The notes under the pieces are model-generated. The model saw only the letters and a program-made list of their open reading frames with translations, was not told where the DNA came from and made no database searches. From IMG/VR virus record IMGVR_UViG_3300043754_000006, positions 1 through 43,343 of that record: a stretch of 43,343 nt of DNA; one strand, 5' to 3'. The translations under genes were made by a program, and so were the position numbers. Origin of the DNA: a virus. Its lineage: Duplodnaviria > Caudoviricetes. Below, piece by piece: positions 1-9,564 of the stretch (positions are counted from its first letter, which is position 1; each line of letters opens with the position of its first letter).

Positions 1-126
1 GCGACCAAAGGGTGGCGCGCCGGGCATCATCAATGACCACGCCGGCAACAGCGGGCGCCACGGCTTCCCAGACGATGACCGCGACTGGACGCTGGAAGGG
101 CGCGCGACGAAGAAGGCCGCGAACGA
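1..126. repeat. Terminal direct repeat (circular-assembly overlap), copy 1
   Basis: 1-126 is identical to 43212-43337 and lies inside the helicase CDS. Confidence 0.95.
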
Positions 127-436
127 TAACGGGCCGCCGCCGCCAGTCACATGCGACCGCTGTTTCATGCAGATACGCCGCCCACTGCCGCCCGCGTGCC
201 CGCACTGCCAGAAAATCTTGCTCGCCGAAGTCAAGGAAATCGAAGTCGGCGAAGGCGAGCTGGTGAAGATGACCGACGACATGAAGCGCGAGCAACGCGA
301 GAAACTGAAGCGCGAGCAAGCCGACGCGAAAACGCTGGATGAGCTTGTGGCGCTTGGCAAACGGCGCGGCTACAAAATGCCGATGAAGTGGGCGCAGAAC
401 GTTTTCGGTGGACGACGGCGTGGAGCAGCCGCCTAA
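2..436 (+). CDS. C-terminal part of SF2 DNA helicase (continues from 42235 across the circular junction), with a Cys4 zinc finger
   Basis: Frame from nt 2 reads RPKGGAPGIINDHAGNSGRHGFPDDDRDWTLEG...CDRC...CPHC...RRRGAAA*, in frame with the ORF opening at 42235. Confidence 0.9.
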   Translation, partial: RPKGGAPGIINDHAGNSGRHGFPDDDRDWTLEGRATKKAANDNGPPPPVTCDRCFMQIRRPLPPACPHCQKILLAEVKEIEVGEGELVKMTDDMKREQREKLKREQADAKTLDELVALGKRRGYKMPMKWAQNVFGGRRRGAAA

Positions 437-474
437 CGTGCGGTGACACACACATTTACAAACTTTCCAAAGTA

Positions 475-488
475 TTCACGTCCGTAAA
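475..488. promoter_or_regulatory. Putative operator TTCAC-N4-GTAAA (variant of TTCAC-N4-GTGAA)
   Basis: Imperfect palindrome in an AT-rich intergenic gap; the same motif occurs at 5088, 8497, 41686-41711 and 42200. Confidence 0.45.
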
Positions 489-530
489 CGTTCTAACATG
501 GTGTCACCAAACCCCATGTTAGGAGTTGTG

Positions 531-1355
531 ATGGAAATCCAAATCGTAAATGTGACGCCGGCCCTTGCACGTGAGTACCTTGCGCGCAACGCAACGAACC
601 GCAGAGTGCGGCCTGGGCACGTCACCGCGTTGGCTGCCGTGATGCAGGCTGGGCAATTCCAATCGACCCACCAGGGGCTGGCGCTGAATGACCAGGGCGA
701 CCTGGTGGACGGCCAGCACCGGCTACTGGCAATCGTCAAGTCTGGCGTCACGGTCACGATGCCCGTGGCGTATGGCGTCAACGCAGAGCACTACGGCCAT
801 TTGATGATTGACGTGGGAATGAACCGCACGACGGCTGACGTGTACGCCGTCGATAGGTTCGTGGCGCAGCCCTGCACCTTCATTGCGTACATGCATCAGT
901 CCACCAGGCACAAAGCCGTCCTGAGGCCATACCTGGAAGCGTTCGGGCCGATCATCAGCGCCATCAGCAAGGGCGGCCGGCATATGCGGCGCGGCATCAC
1001 GTCGGCGCCGATGGTCGCAGCTGCAGCTATCCGCGTCGCGATGGGCGAGGACGCGCACATGGTGAACGCGAATTTCGTGGGCATGGTTCGACTGGACTAT
1101 GACCATCTTCCGCCAGTCGCGAACGCGTTCCTGCGCCAGATGTCGAATGGCCGCGTGGATCACGCGAACAAGTGGGACCTGTTCACGCGTGGCTGGCGCG
1201 TGTACGACGCGCGGGCCCAGCAGAACGTCAAGATTCAGGTGAAGGACCACGCCGCCATCATCCAGCCGGCGCGCGAGTTCATCGGCCAGTTCATCGCGTC
1301 CCCGGCCGCAATCGAAGCGACGCACCAGCGCGTGAAGGTTCTGTTAGATTCATAG
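531..1355 (+). CDS. ParB/Srx-like N-terminal domain protein
   Basis: N-R motif (NATNRRV) and LVDGQHRLLAI; AGGAG SD at 521-525 favours ATG 531. Confidence 0.7.
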   Translation: MEIQIVNVTPALAREYLARNATNRRVRPGHVTALAAVMQAGQFQSTHQGLALNDQGDLVDGQHRLLAIVKSGVTVTMPVAYGVNAEHYGHLMIDVGMNRTTADVYAVDRFVAQPCTFIAYMHQSTRHKAVLRPYLEAFGPIISAISKGGRHMRRGITSAPMVAAAAIRVAMGEDAHMVNANFVGMVRLDYDHLPPVANAFLRQMSNGRVDHANKWDLFTRGWRVYDARAQQNVKIQVKDHAAIIQPAREFIGQFIASPAAIEATHQRVKVLLDS

Positions 1356-1477
1356 GTACGATTAATCGTATCACGCAAAGCGATTTACTTTCACGATTTG
1401 TCATCTGCCCGCCTATGCGGGCAGAATTCATTTCACTCGCTGATTTGCAGCGGGCAACATTGACAAGTCGAGAAAAA

Positions 1478-1795
1478 ATGAAAACGAATATCATTGGCGC
1501 GATTGCAGGTATGGCAATGGCCGCAGCCTCTACAGCCGCAAGCAGCAAGCATATCGTCCTGAATACTGAAGAGATGCCGAAGCAAGCACCTCGCGCCCGC
1601 GACCGCGCCACGAAGAAGGGCATGCGCCACGTGCAAAACCCGGCAGGCACGAAGCTGGCGCGCGCTGCCAGCGAAGGCACCCTGACAAAACGCCATCCGT
1701 CCGCCGTCGATTCCTACTTCTCCAATCTGTACGCGCGCCGCATCACCGCCAAAAACGCGCACCGGAAAACCCGGCAAATGCTTCGCGCCGCGTAA
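1478..1795 (+). CDS. Hypothetical basic protein
   Basis: ATG 1478 follows an AT-rich gap; MKTNIIGAIAG...MLRAA*. Confidence 0.6.
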   Translation: MKTNIIGAIAGMAMAAASTAASSKHIVLNTEEMPKQAPRARDRATKKGMRHVQNPAGTKLARAASEGTLTKRHPSAVDSYFSNLYARRITAKNAHRKTRQMLRAA

Positions 1796-1828
1796 CTAAC
1801 AATACCAACAATTCAGCCGGGGCACGTC

Positions 1829-1990
1829 ATGGACCTTACTTGGTACATCATCGCGTTGCTGTCTATCTGCGCGGCCTGTATGTGTGGCATTGATCGCGCT
1901 CGCAATCGGTTGGTGCGCGGGCTTCTGATTTGCGTTGCTGCAGCGTGCATCGTCGTCGTCTACGGCGCCCTGGCTGCGGCCCGTTTTTAA
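1829..1990 (+). CDS. Small two-TM membrane protein (53 aa, not in the ORF track)
   Basis: Manual translation MDLTWYIIALLSICAACMCGIDRARNRLVRGLLICVAAACIVVVYGALAAARF*; fills the gap and abuts the next gene. Confidence 0.6.
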   Translation: MDLTWYIIALLSICAACMCGIDRARNRLVRGLLICVAAACIVVVYGALAAARF

Positions 1991-1991
1991 G

Positions 1992-2324
1992 GTGGCGCGC
2001 TTTCACTGCCGATGCAGGCACTGTGATGCGCGCCGTGTGCTGAAACTGCATCCCGAGAAATACGACCGTCGTTCGTACCCGCCATGCAGGACATGCGGAA
2101 AGAAGAACTACCGCATAGACAAATGGATGACGAACCGCGACACGACGGCGATGCGATGCGACTGCGCGGCGTATCACTTCCCCCATCGGCGCGGCTCGTT
2201 TTACTGCTGGCATCGGAAGGACGGCACGGGGCGATTCCCCGGCGATGCGGATTTCTGGACGCGGGATATGACCCAAGATCAACATGACGCCATGGTGGCG
2301 TCAAATATGGAGCAAGCAGCATGA
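1992..2324 (+). CDS. Cys/His-rich zinc-binding hypothetical protein
   Basis: CRCRHC, CRTC and CDC..YHFPHRRGSFYC motifs; GTG 1992; ATGA overlap with the next gene. Confidence 0.65.
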   Translation: MARFHCRCRHCDARRVLKLHPEKYDRRSYPPCRTCGKKNYRIDKWMTNRDTTAMRCDCAAYHFPHRRGSFYCWHRKDGTGRFPGDADFWTRDMTQDQHDAMVASNMEQAA

Positions 2325-3250
2325 CGACGTTTAAACAAATGATCCTGGCGAAGGAAATCAAGCGCGCAGACGCCATGCGCGTTCGATATCAGGACCTATA
2401 CGAAGAACCCGGCTTCAATCTGCGCATCGAAGATGCCGACTTCCAGGCGAGCATCGAAGCGCTGGCGGACCACATCGAGCAAGGCGCCCAGTATCCCGCG
2501 CTTGAAGTGCGCCCGCGCGACCTTGGCGGCGTGTTCATCGTGGACGGCCACCGCCGCAAGCGCGCCATCGGTCTGGCAATCGAGCGCGGCGCCCCGCTCG
2601 CTGATCGCGACGGCGAAGTATGGGTGCCCATCGTCGCGTTCGAAGGCAATGACGCCGACCGCGTGGCGCGCGTCATCACCAGCGCGGCAGGCCGCGCCCT
2701 ATCGCCTATCGAAGTCGCGCACGGATACGCACGCCTGCGCGCATTCGGCTGGGACAATACGCGCATTGCGCAGAAAGTCGGCAAGACACCCCAACACGTG
2801 GCCCAGCTGCTTATCCTGGCGGACGCGAACAGCGACGTTCAGCGCGCTGTAGGTGCTGGCGAGGTATCGGCCGCTGAAGCCGTGAAGCTGGTCCGCAAGC
2901 ACGGCGACCAGGCGGGAACGGTCCTGGCCGGCGCCGCAAAGAACGCACGCGGCAAGGTGACGGCCGGCACGATGCAAGGCAAGGCACTTCCGCGCAAAGT
3001 AGTGGATGAACTCGAAACATCGCTGAAATGGTTTGTCGGCGAACTGACGAGCGATGCGCGGGTTAAGATCACGCAGGCAGAAACGAATCCCGCGCAGTAT
3101 GCGAGCGCGGAAGTTACCATCAGCGCGGGCGCATTGGCCGAACTGGTCAAGGCTGCTGCACTGGCGGACGGGGCGCGCAAGCATCAGGACGAACGCGTGC
3201 GCGAGAATGCGGCGAAGGCTGCGCAGACTGATATTGAGGATGTGAAGTGA
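2321..3250 (+). CDS. ParB-like protein (ParB N-terminal domain plus HTH)
   Basis: GFNLR and IVDGHRRKRA motifs; LSPIEVAHGYARLRAFGWDNTRIAQKVGKTPQHVAQLL HTH. Confidence 0.8.
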   Translation: MTTFKQMILAKEIKRADAMRVRYQDLYEEPGFNLRIEDADFQASIEALADHIEQGAQYPALEVRPRDLGGVFIVDGHRRKRAIGLAIERGAPLADRDGEVWVPIVAFEGNDADRVARVITSAAGRALSPIEVAHGYARLRAFGWDNTRIAQKVGKTPQHVAQLLILADANSDVQRAVGAGEVSAAEAVKLVRKHGDQAGTVLAGAAKNARGKVTAGTMQGKALPRKVVDELETSLKWFVGELTSDARVKITQAETNPAQYASAEVTISAGALAELVKAAALADGARKHQDERVRENAAKAAQTDIEDVK

Positions 3251-3474
3251 ATACCAAGAAAACACCCTGGTTTCCAAGCGAAACGAAGCCGGTTCATGTC
3301 GGAGTGTATGACACCGTTTCCCCAATATTCCGCGATCACGGATGGTTCTGCATGTGGGACGGCAAGCAGTGGATGAAGCCTAGATCGAGCCCGGAAGTCG
3401 CTGCGCAAGTGAAAGAGCCTGCCGGTATGCAGAACCGAACCTGGCGCGGACTTGCAGAGCAGCCATCGGCATGA
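3247..3474 (+). CDS. Hypothetical phage protein
   Basis: Coupled by GTGA/ATGA overlaps; TPWFP..KPVHVGVY...WRGL pattern seen in phage early proteins. Confidence 0.7.
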   Translation: MNTKKTPWFPSETKPVHVGVYDTVSPIFRDHGWFCMWDGKQWMKPRSSPEVAAQVKEPAGMQNRTWRGLAEQPSA

Positions 3475-3863
3475 CCGAACACCGCATTCAAAACGAAATC
3501 CGAAACGCGCTGGCTGGCGAATGCCTGTTGTTTAGGGCAAACGTCGGGCGGGCGTGGACGGGCACGGACTGCATCAAACTGCCTAACGGCGACATGCTGA
3601 TTAAAAACCCGCGCCCATTCGACACGGGTTTGCCGCCAGGGTTCGGTGACCTGTTCGGCCTGGCGCCGCGTCTTATCAGCCAGGACGATGTGGGCACTAC
3701 GCTGGGCGTGTACGTGGCCGCCGATGTGAAATCATCGACTGGCCGCGCTACCGACAAACAAGCCGCGTATCTGCGCGCGGTAAATCATCACGGGGGCTTC
3801 GCGGATATTTGGCGCTCTGTGAAAGATGCGCTGGCTACGATTGCCAGGGCTAAGGGGAAATGA
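3471..3863 (+). CDS. VRR-NUC domain nuclease
   Basis: TEHRIQNEI, FRANVG, GFGDLFG and DVKSSTGRATDKQ (PD-(D/E)XK-type, VRR-NUC pattern). Confidence 0.8.
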   Translation: MTEHRIQNEIRNALAGECLLFRANVGRAWTGTDCIKLPNGDMLIKNPRPFDTGLPPGFGDLFGLAPRLISQDDVGTTLGVYVAADVKSSTGRATDKQAAYLRAVNHHGGFADIWRSVKDALATIARAKGK

Positions 3864-4204
3864 TGCAAACGAAAATCTATGTTGAACGCCAGCCGTGGCA
3901 GAACGGCGTAAGCCTGCACCTGGTTCAGCAAGCCGGCGAAGGTACCCGCTACGCCATCGCGCAGCCGGTAACTATGGAGACGATTACAGAAGATAACTTC
4001 GCAGGCCAGCATCACGCACCGTTCCTATCGCTGACGATGCACGCGGCACAGCTTCTGATGGACGAACTGTGGCACTGCGGGCTACGTCCTACCGAAGGAA
4101 CCGGAAGCGCGGGGAGCCTGGCGGCTACCGAACGACACCTGGATGACATGCGCAAGATTGCGCTTAAGGGCCTGTACGAGCCGACGAAGCGCACGGGGCG
4201 CTGA
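3860..4204 (+). CDS. Hypothetical phage protein
   Basis: Coupled ORF; AQLLMDELWHCGLRPTEG...ATERHLDDMRKI. Confidence 0.7.
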   Translation: MMQTKIYVERQPWQNGVSLHLVQQAGEGTRYAIAQPVTMETITEDNFAGQHHAPFLSLTMHAAQLLMDELWHCGLRPTEGTGSAGSLAATERHLDDMRKIALKGLYEPTKRTGR

Positions 4205-4205
4205 C

Positions 4206-4547
4206 GTGAACGCCGCCACCTTCGCGCGTCACCGCGCACGCATCGAACGCGAGCACCACGGACGCGGGCGTAAGTATCGCAAGGCGCTGGCGCATCTGAT
4301 AACGGATGCCCGCGCCGCGCTGGTTGTGATGCAGCGCAAGGTGGTTGGCTATCGCCTGCCGAACGGTGAAATGGTTTGCATCAAAACCCGGTATCGCAGC
4401 TGGGACGAAGCCACTGCAGACGTGATGCGAATCCAGGGGCTGCATACCGATGGCGACCGCGTGCCGGTTCGTGCGTATTCGTGCGCCCACTGTCGCGGGT
4501 TTCATACGACTTCGCAGGCGCGGCTATCGGCGCAGCAGCCCGATTAG
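4206..4547 (+). CDS. Hypothetical protein with C-terminal zinc-finger-like motif
   Basis: C-x-K-x-RY and RAYSCAHCRGFHTTS; GTG 4206 directly after the previous stop. Confidence 0.65.
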   Translation: MNAATFARHRARIEREHHGRGRKYRKALAHLITDARAALVVMQRKVVGYRLPNGEMVCIKTRYRSWDEATADVMRIQGLHTDGDRVPVRAYSCAHCRGFHTTSQARLSAQQPD

Positions 4548-4622
4548 AAAATACAAACGAAATTCACTGTTGCGCATACCGTATGATCCCCAGCACGCAT
4601 TTAATAACCATCTGGGCACTCA

Positions 4623-5075
4623 ATGTACGTCGTCAAATTTCACGCGTTCAGGGACGCGGGCAACACGCAGACGCGTTCGTTTCTCAAAGAGTCAACGCGC
4701 GACGCATTCATTAAGCAGCTGATCGAGCGCAAAGCCACGCTGCTGTCGGTTCATCGCGATGAAAACCCGCACATTGAGCAAATCCGCCAGCTGCTGCGCA
4801 CGCGAGACGAGATCACCGTGGCGCAAGTGGTGGACGCGTGCAATTGCACCAAAAACCAAGCGCAGCGCATGCTGAACAGCCTGGCGAAGGCGGGCGAAGC
4901 GACGCGCATGGTATCGCGCACAGAACAAAATTCACATCAGCACTGTTTCGCCCTCCGAGACCCCGACGCCGACCCCGTCGAATCACGGATGGCGCGCGAT
5001 GCCAAACGACGCGCCGCCGACATCAAACCGTTCCGCGATCCGTTTATCGCGGTGATGTACGGTGACGCATCCTGA
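4623..5075 (+). CDS. Winged-HTH domain protein
   Basis: ITVAQVVDACNCTKNQAQRMLNSLAKAG is a wHTH-like segment. Confidence 0.6.
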   Translation: MYVVKFHAFRDAGNTQTRSFLKESTRDAFIKQLIERKATLLSVHRDENPHIEQIRQLLRTRDEITVAQVVDACNCTKNQAQRMLNSLAKAGEATRMVSRTEQNSHQHCFALRDPDADPVESRMARDAKRRAADIKPFRDPFIAVMYGDAS

Positions 5076-5087
5076 TACGCGGGTAAA

Positions 5088-5117
5088 TTCACAACCGTGA
5101 AGGCGCGATGTTAAAAT
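5088..5117 (+). promoter_or_regulatory. Sigma70-like promoter (TTCACA-N18-TAAAAT, extended TG) overlapped by the palindrome TTCACAACCGTGAA
   Basis: Both elements read directly from the sequence, upstream of the HTH and primase genes. Confidence 0.55.
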
Positions 5118-5152
5118 AATCGCCTTCGCGAGACACTTGCCAGACAATAAAA

Positions 5153-5344
5153 ATGGACGAAAAAACCAAAAAGCTGCGCGACCTGATGAAGGCGCACAAG
5201 TTGGACTGCGCAGCCGTGGGGGAAATCCTGCAGCGCGCGCCGCAAACGGTTCGCGTGTGGCGCTGCACCTATGCTGCGCGAACCATTCCCGCCGATGCCC
5301 TCCGCGTTCTTGAGTTGACGCTGGCCGCGCGGGTGGCTGCGTGA
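5153..5344 (+). CDS. Small HTH DNA-binding protein (Cro-like)
   Basis: 63 aa; CAAVGEILQRAPQTVRVWR HTH pattern; first gene after the operator. Confidence 0.65.
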   Translation: MDEKTKKLRDLMKAHKLDCAAVGEILQRAPQTVRVWRCTYAARTIPADALRVLELTLAARVAA

Positions 5345-7614
5345 ATAAACCGGCAGAGCTGCACGAATCCGATATCGTTGACCAGTTTCGCGCCGCGATG
5401 GCGTCAGTGGGGCTGCGCACCGACGACAAGCTGGAAGCCGATGGCGATATCAATCGCTTCCATATCGACGGCGACCCGCCGCGCACGAAGAACGGCTGGT
5501 ATGTCCTGCACGTGGACAATATTCCGGCCGGCGCGTTCGGCTGCTGGAAGCGCGGCATTGAATCGTCCTGGTGCGCGAAAGCAGAAGCCGAACTGACCAG
5601 TGTGGAGCGCGCAGAAATCAATGCGCGCATCGAGCGAGCACGCGCTGAACGTGAGGAACGCCAGCGCCAGATGCACGCAGCTGTCGCCGACGAAGCGCGC
5701 CGCATGTGGGATGGCGCAGCGGAATGCGACACGCACCCGTATCTGGAACGCAAGGGCGTCAAATCCTACGGCCTGCGCACGGCCCAGTGGATGAACGGAA
5801 ACCAGGCCATGCTGGTGCCGATCATCGACGCCAGCGGCCAGATTGTCAGTCTGCAGGCCATCTTCGGGAACGTGAACCCCGTCATCGGGCGCGACAAGGA
5901 TTTCCTGGCTGGTGGCAAAAAACGCGGCTGCTGGTTTTCCATCGGCACGCCGCCGCCAGCTGGCAATGGCATCGTGGTGCTGTGCGAAGGCTATGCGACT
6001 GGCGCGAGCGTTTTTGAGGCAACGGGGCACTTTACCGTCTGCACGTTCGACGCCGGCAACATTAAGCCCGTCGCGCACGAACTGCGCCGCCGCTGGCCCG
6101 CTGCAACAATCCTGGTGGCGGCCGACAATGACCGCTGGACGGTGCCGACGGCGGAAAATCCGCACATCGTGGGAAACCCTGGCGTGACGTATGCGCGCCA
6201 GACGGCCGAAGCGATCCCGGCGCGGGTGCTGGTGGCAATCCCTGAATTCGCGGACCTGGACGGCAATCCGACTGACTTCAATGACCTGCACCAGCGTGAA
6301 GGCATCTACGCGGTGCGCGCGCAAATCAATGCAGTGCTGCCAAAGCCTGAACCGGCGAACGACAACACGCCGCAGCCTAAGCACCTGGCGCTGGACGCCG
6401 CCGTGAACCCGTTTGGCTTCCCGCACCTGTCGGACAAGGGGCAGCCGATTAACACGGTAGAAAACCTGGAATATGTGATTGGGGAATACGGCATCACCGC
6501 GCGTTACAACGAGGTGCGCAAGCAAGTCGAGCTGAACATACCCGGCCGCAGAGGCCGCACGCTGGACAATCGCGCGAACGTCGCGCTGGCCGAACTGAAC
6601 AGCATTTGCGCGCGCAACCGCATGCCACAGTCGATGCTGGCCGATTACGTCAAGGTGCTGGCCGACCGAAACACGTACAACCCGGTATGCGACTGGATTA
6701 AGTCGAAGCCGTGGGACGGTACGCCGCGCATCCAGGCGCTGCTTGACACGGTGACAGTGGACGGCGACGCCACGCTGAAAAACAAACTGATTTACCGCTG
6801 GCTGCTGTCTGCTGTCTCGGCGCTGTTTAAACCGTTCGGCTTCACGTCGCACGGCGTGCTGGTATTCACGGGTCCGCAAGGCCAGGGCAAAACCAGCTGG
6901 GTAAAAGCGCTAGTGCCCGAAGATATGGGCGTTGTCCTGGAAGGCGCCACGCTGGACCCGAACAATAAAGACACCGTTGTGAACGCGGTTTCTCATTGGC
7001 TGGTGGAGCTGGGCGAACTCGATGCGACGTTTCGCAAGTCGGACATTGCGCGCCTGAAATCGTTTGTGACGCAGGCCGTCGATAAGCTGCGCCGTCCGTA
7101 TGACCGCGTCGAGTCAGAGTATCAGCGCCGCACCGTGTTTTTCGCATCGGTCAACGAGGGCCGCTACCTGGTGGATACAAGCGGCAACCGTCGCTGGTGG
7201 ACCGTCCCCGTTCTGTCCGTGAACTACAGACACACCATCGATGTGCAGCAGGTATGGGCTGAATTACTGACACATTTCGAACGCGGCGAACAGCACTGGC
7301 TGCTGGATGACGAACAAAAGGGCGTCAACGACCTGAACACGGACCATGAAGCCGTGGACCCTGTTGAAGAAATGATCGCGGCCCATTTCGACTGGCAAGC
7401 CCTTGCTGGCATAGGCTATCGAGACATGACGGCCAGCGAGGTGCTTTCAGAAATAGGTTATGACAAACCGAATAAGGCGCAGGCCACCCACTGCAGCACC
7501 GTTCTTAAAAAACTGACCGGCGCCGACTCTAGGAAAACCGGGTCGCGCCGCGTTTTCAAAATGCCGCCTGTCGCGAGAAAATCGAGGGGGTTCGGTGACG
7601 ATTCCCCAATCTAA
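5341..7614 (+). CDS. Toprim primase fused to VirE/VapE-type SF3 helicase (replication protein)
   Basis: CEGYATG, AADND and TDFNDL Toprim motifs; Walker A GPQGQGKT; ELGELD; RRPYDR; SGNRRWW; C-terminal wHTH-like region. Confidence 0.9.
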   Translation: MNKPAELHESDIVDQFRAAMASVGLRTDDKLEADGDINRFHIDGDPPRTKNGWYVLHVDNIPAGAFGCWKRGIESSWCAKAEAELTSVERAEINARIERARAEREERQRQMHAAVADEARRMWDGAAECDTHPYLERKGVKSYGLRTAQWMNGNQAMLVPIIDASGQIVSLQAIFGNVNPVIGRDKDFLAGGKKRGCWFSIGTPPPAGNGIVVLCEGYATGASVFEATGHFTVCTFDAGNIKPVAHELRRRWPAATILVAADNDRWTVPTAENPHIVGNPGVTYARQTAEAIPARVLVAIPEFADLDGNPTDFNDLHQREGIYAVRAQINAVLPKPEPANDNTPQPKHLALDAAVNPFGFPHLSDKGQPINTVENLEYVIGEYGITARYNEVRKQVELNIPGRRGRTLDNRANVALAELNSICARNRMPQSMLADYVKVLADRNTYNPVCDWIKSKPWDGTPRIQALLDTVTVDGDATLKNKLIYRWLLSAVSALFKPFGFTSHGVLVFTGPQGQGKTSWVKALVPEDMGVVLEGATLDPNNKDTVVNAVSHWLVELGELDATFRKSDIARLKSFVTQAVDKLRRPYDRVESEYQRRTVFFASVNEGRYLVDTSGNRRWWTVPVLSVNYRHTIDVQQVWAELLTHFERGEQHWLLDDEQKGVNDLNTDHEAVDPVEEMIAAHFDWQALAGIGYRDMTASEVLSEIGYDKPNKAQATHCSTVLKKLTGADSRKTGSRRVFKMPPVARKSRGFGDDSPI

Positions 7615-8212
7615 ACTCTCGCGATCAATCGCGAAGAAGCAAGGTCTATCGCACTACTTCACGGGCAAGCCGTGCAAAAATGGACATGTTGCGCGGCGCA
7701 AAACGTCGAATGGTTCGTGCCTGCAGTGCGCCAGCGCCGACATGTCCAGATGCAGGATGGAAGATCCGCAGAAATTTCGCGAGCGTGATGCCCGGTGGAT
7801 CGCGAACAATCGCGAGCAAGTGCGCGCGAGCGCTGCGGCGTATTCAGCCAAAAATAGGCAAGCGGTTACGCGGCGCACTGCGGCGTGGAGAAAGGCGAAC
7901 CCGACCAGGCACGCAGAACACGTAAAGCGATACGCGCAGTCCAGACAGCACATTCTGCGCGCAAAGCTTGCGAGGCGCCGCGCCCGAAAACTGCGCGCGA
8001 CGCCGCCGTGGCTGACCGACGAACATAAGATGCTGATTCTTGCCATATATGACCAGGCGGTCAGGCTTTCGACGGAAACCGGCATGGCGCACGAGGTAGA
8101 CCACATCATCCCTTTGCAAGGCGACAATGTGTGCGGGCTGCATGTTCCATGGAATCTTCGGGTGACAACTATGAGGGCAAACCGCGCGAAGGGGAACCGT
8201 CATGCGCCCTAA
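7595..8212 (+). CDS. HNH homing endonuclease
   Basis: YFTGKPCKNGH...CLQC at the N-terminus; HEVDHIIPLQGDNVCGLHVPWNL...N HNH motif. Confidence 0.88.
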   Translation: MTIPQSKLSRSIAKKQGLSHYFTGKPCKNGHVARRKTSNGSCLQCASADMSRCRMEDPQKFRERDARWIANNREQVRASAAAYSAKNRQAVTRRTAAWRKANPTRHAEHVKRYAQSRQHILRAKLARRRARKLRATPPWLTDEHKMLILAIYDQAVRLSTETGMAHEVDHIIPLQGDNVCGLHVPWNLRVTTMRANRAKGNRHAP

Positions 8213-8474
8213 CGAACGCACAGTGACCCTTCACGATGGCAGCGAAGTGTCGAACTACAGCGAGGAACACCGCCACGAATGCGAAGCCCGCACCGTGCTT
8301 GCCATGCCATCTAAGCGCCAGCGCCAGGATTACCTTTGGGGCAAATGGGACCCAGCGCGCAAACGCGACGTTGACGGCGTGCTGCAGCGTCGTGGTGAAG
8401 CGGAGGTGAAGCGGCTGGAAGCTACTATCCTGGCGATTTGGGAGCAGCGTAAGCAAAAGCAATCGGCGGCGTGA
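8202..8474 (+). CDS. Hypothetical phage protein
   Basis: SEEHRHECEARTVL...RG motif common in proteobacterial phage replication regions. Confidence 0.7.
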   Translation: MRPNERTVTLHDGSEVSNYSEEHRHECEARTVLAMPSKRQRQDYLWGKWDPARKRDVDGVLQRRGEAEVKRLEATILAIWEQRKQKQSAA

Positions 8475-8496
8475 TGGCGATAGTGAAAATCAAATA

Positions 8497-8510
8497 TTCA
8501 CGCGTGTGAA
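8497..8510. promoter_or_regulatory. Putative operator TTCACGCGTGTGAA
   Basis: Exact TTCAC-N4-GTGAA in an AT-rich intergenic gap. Confidence 0.5.
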
Positions 8511-8560
8511 GAAAGAAGAAAATGATTTCACTGAAACGAACATCACGAATAGAGGGCACC

Positions 8561-8839
8561 ATGGCAGAGCATATAAACCAAGCAACAGAACCGAAGATGG
8601 ACCCATTCGACGCAATGGGTAAGCCGATATCGAGTGCGGCCCGTCAAGTCGGGTACGACGCATGCCGCGCTATGGGTCTGGATGCGCCCCGTTCTTGGGA
8701 GTGCGTCGGCGCAGTTTCCGATAAATTGGAACGCGACAAGCCTTACGATGCGCAAGGCGCCGCAATGAAGTTTCTAGACCTAACTGGCTCTTATCGCCTT
8801 ATGGCGACCATACTAGCGGCAGCGCAAGCACAGGCATAA
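8561..8839 (+). CDS. Hypothetical protein
   Basis: GAGGG SD before ATG 8561; fills the gap. Confidence 0.6.
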   Translation: MAEHINQATEPKMDPFDAMGKPISSAARQVGYDACRAMGLDAPRSWECVGAVSDKLERDKPYDAQGAAMKFLDLTGSYRLMATILAAAQAQA

Positions 8840-8882
8840 CCAACCCGCGCCAGCCGGATGCTGGCAGACACTAAGGATAAAA

Positions 8883-9416
8883 ATGAAGCTGACCAAACTG
8901 CAACGTGACGCATTCATCAGTGCCGTGATGAACGATGTTCCCATGATCGATTACAGGGAACGCGCACGCGTCGCGCTGCAAAAGAAAGCGATTGACCTTC
9001 TGCCGGCGAAGCTGAAGGCGCTGCATAAGGACTTCGGGCACTGGTTCAAGACTGACATTATTTGGAAGATGCCGGGCCGCCTCAGAAACGTTTCGGTCGT
9101 TTCGCACAATGACAATGAAACGATGAAGCAGATGCAGGCGGACGGCGACTTCTGGGCATCCATTGAAGAAATGGCGCGTCTGGACACAGAACAGGACGAC
9201 GCACGTACAGCGCTTCACTCGAAACTGCATGCCGTCATCTACAGCTGCACGACCGTCAAGCAGGCGCACGAACAGTTGCCAGAGTTCGCGAAGTACCTGC
9301 CCGACCCCGACGCGCCGACTGATCGAAGCGTGCCCGTCGTGGCGAACCTGGTCGCGGACCTGACTGCAGCAGGCTGGCCGAAGGACAAGAAACCGGCTGC
9401 GCGCTCGCGCAAATGA
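8883..9416 (+). CDS. Nmad5-like (nucleotide-modification-associated domain 5) protein
   Basis: MKLTKLQRDAFISAVMND...TTVKQAHEQLPEFAKYLP resembles the Nmad5 family; TAAGGA SD. Confidence 0.6.
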   Translation: MKLTKLQRDAFISAVMNDVPMIDYRERARVALQKKAIDLLPAKLKALHKDFGHWFKTDIIWKMPGRLRNVSVVSHNDNETMKQMQADGDFWASIEEMARLDTEQDDARTALHSKLHAVIYSCTTVKQAHEQLPEFAKYLPDPDAPTDRSVPVVANLVADLTAAGWPKDKKPAARSRK

Positions 9417-9417
9417 C

Positions 9418-9564
9418 ATGAACGAATACCGCGTTTTCATCGGCGCGCGTTATGTGGGCACGGTTCGCGCTGATAGTTGCATCCAGGCTGTCGAACGTGC
9501 CCGCGTGAAATATCGCCCTGGTGAACATGCGCGGGTTCGCGTGACGATGATGGGGGCGGATTAA
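9418..9564 (+). CDS. Small hypothetical protein (48 aa)
   Basis: Manual translation MNEYRVFIGARYVGTVRADSCIQAVERAR...; tightly packed between neighbours. Confidence 0.5.
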   Translation: MNEYRVFIGARYVGTVRADSCIQAVERARVKYRPGEHARVRVTMMGAD

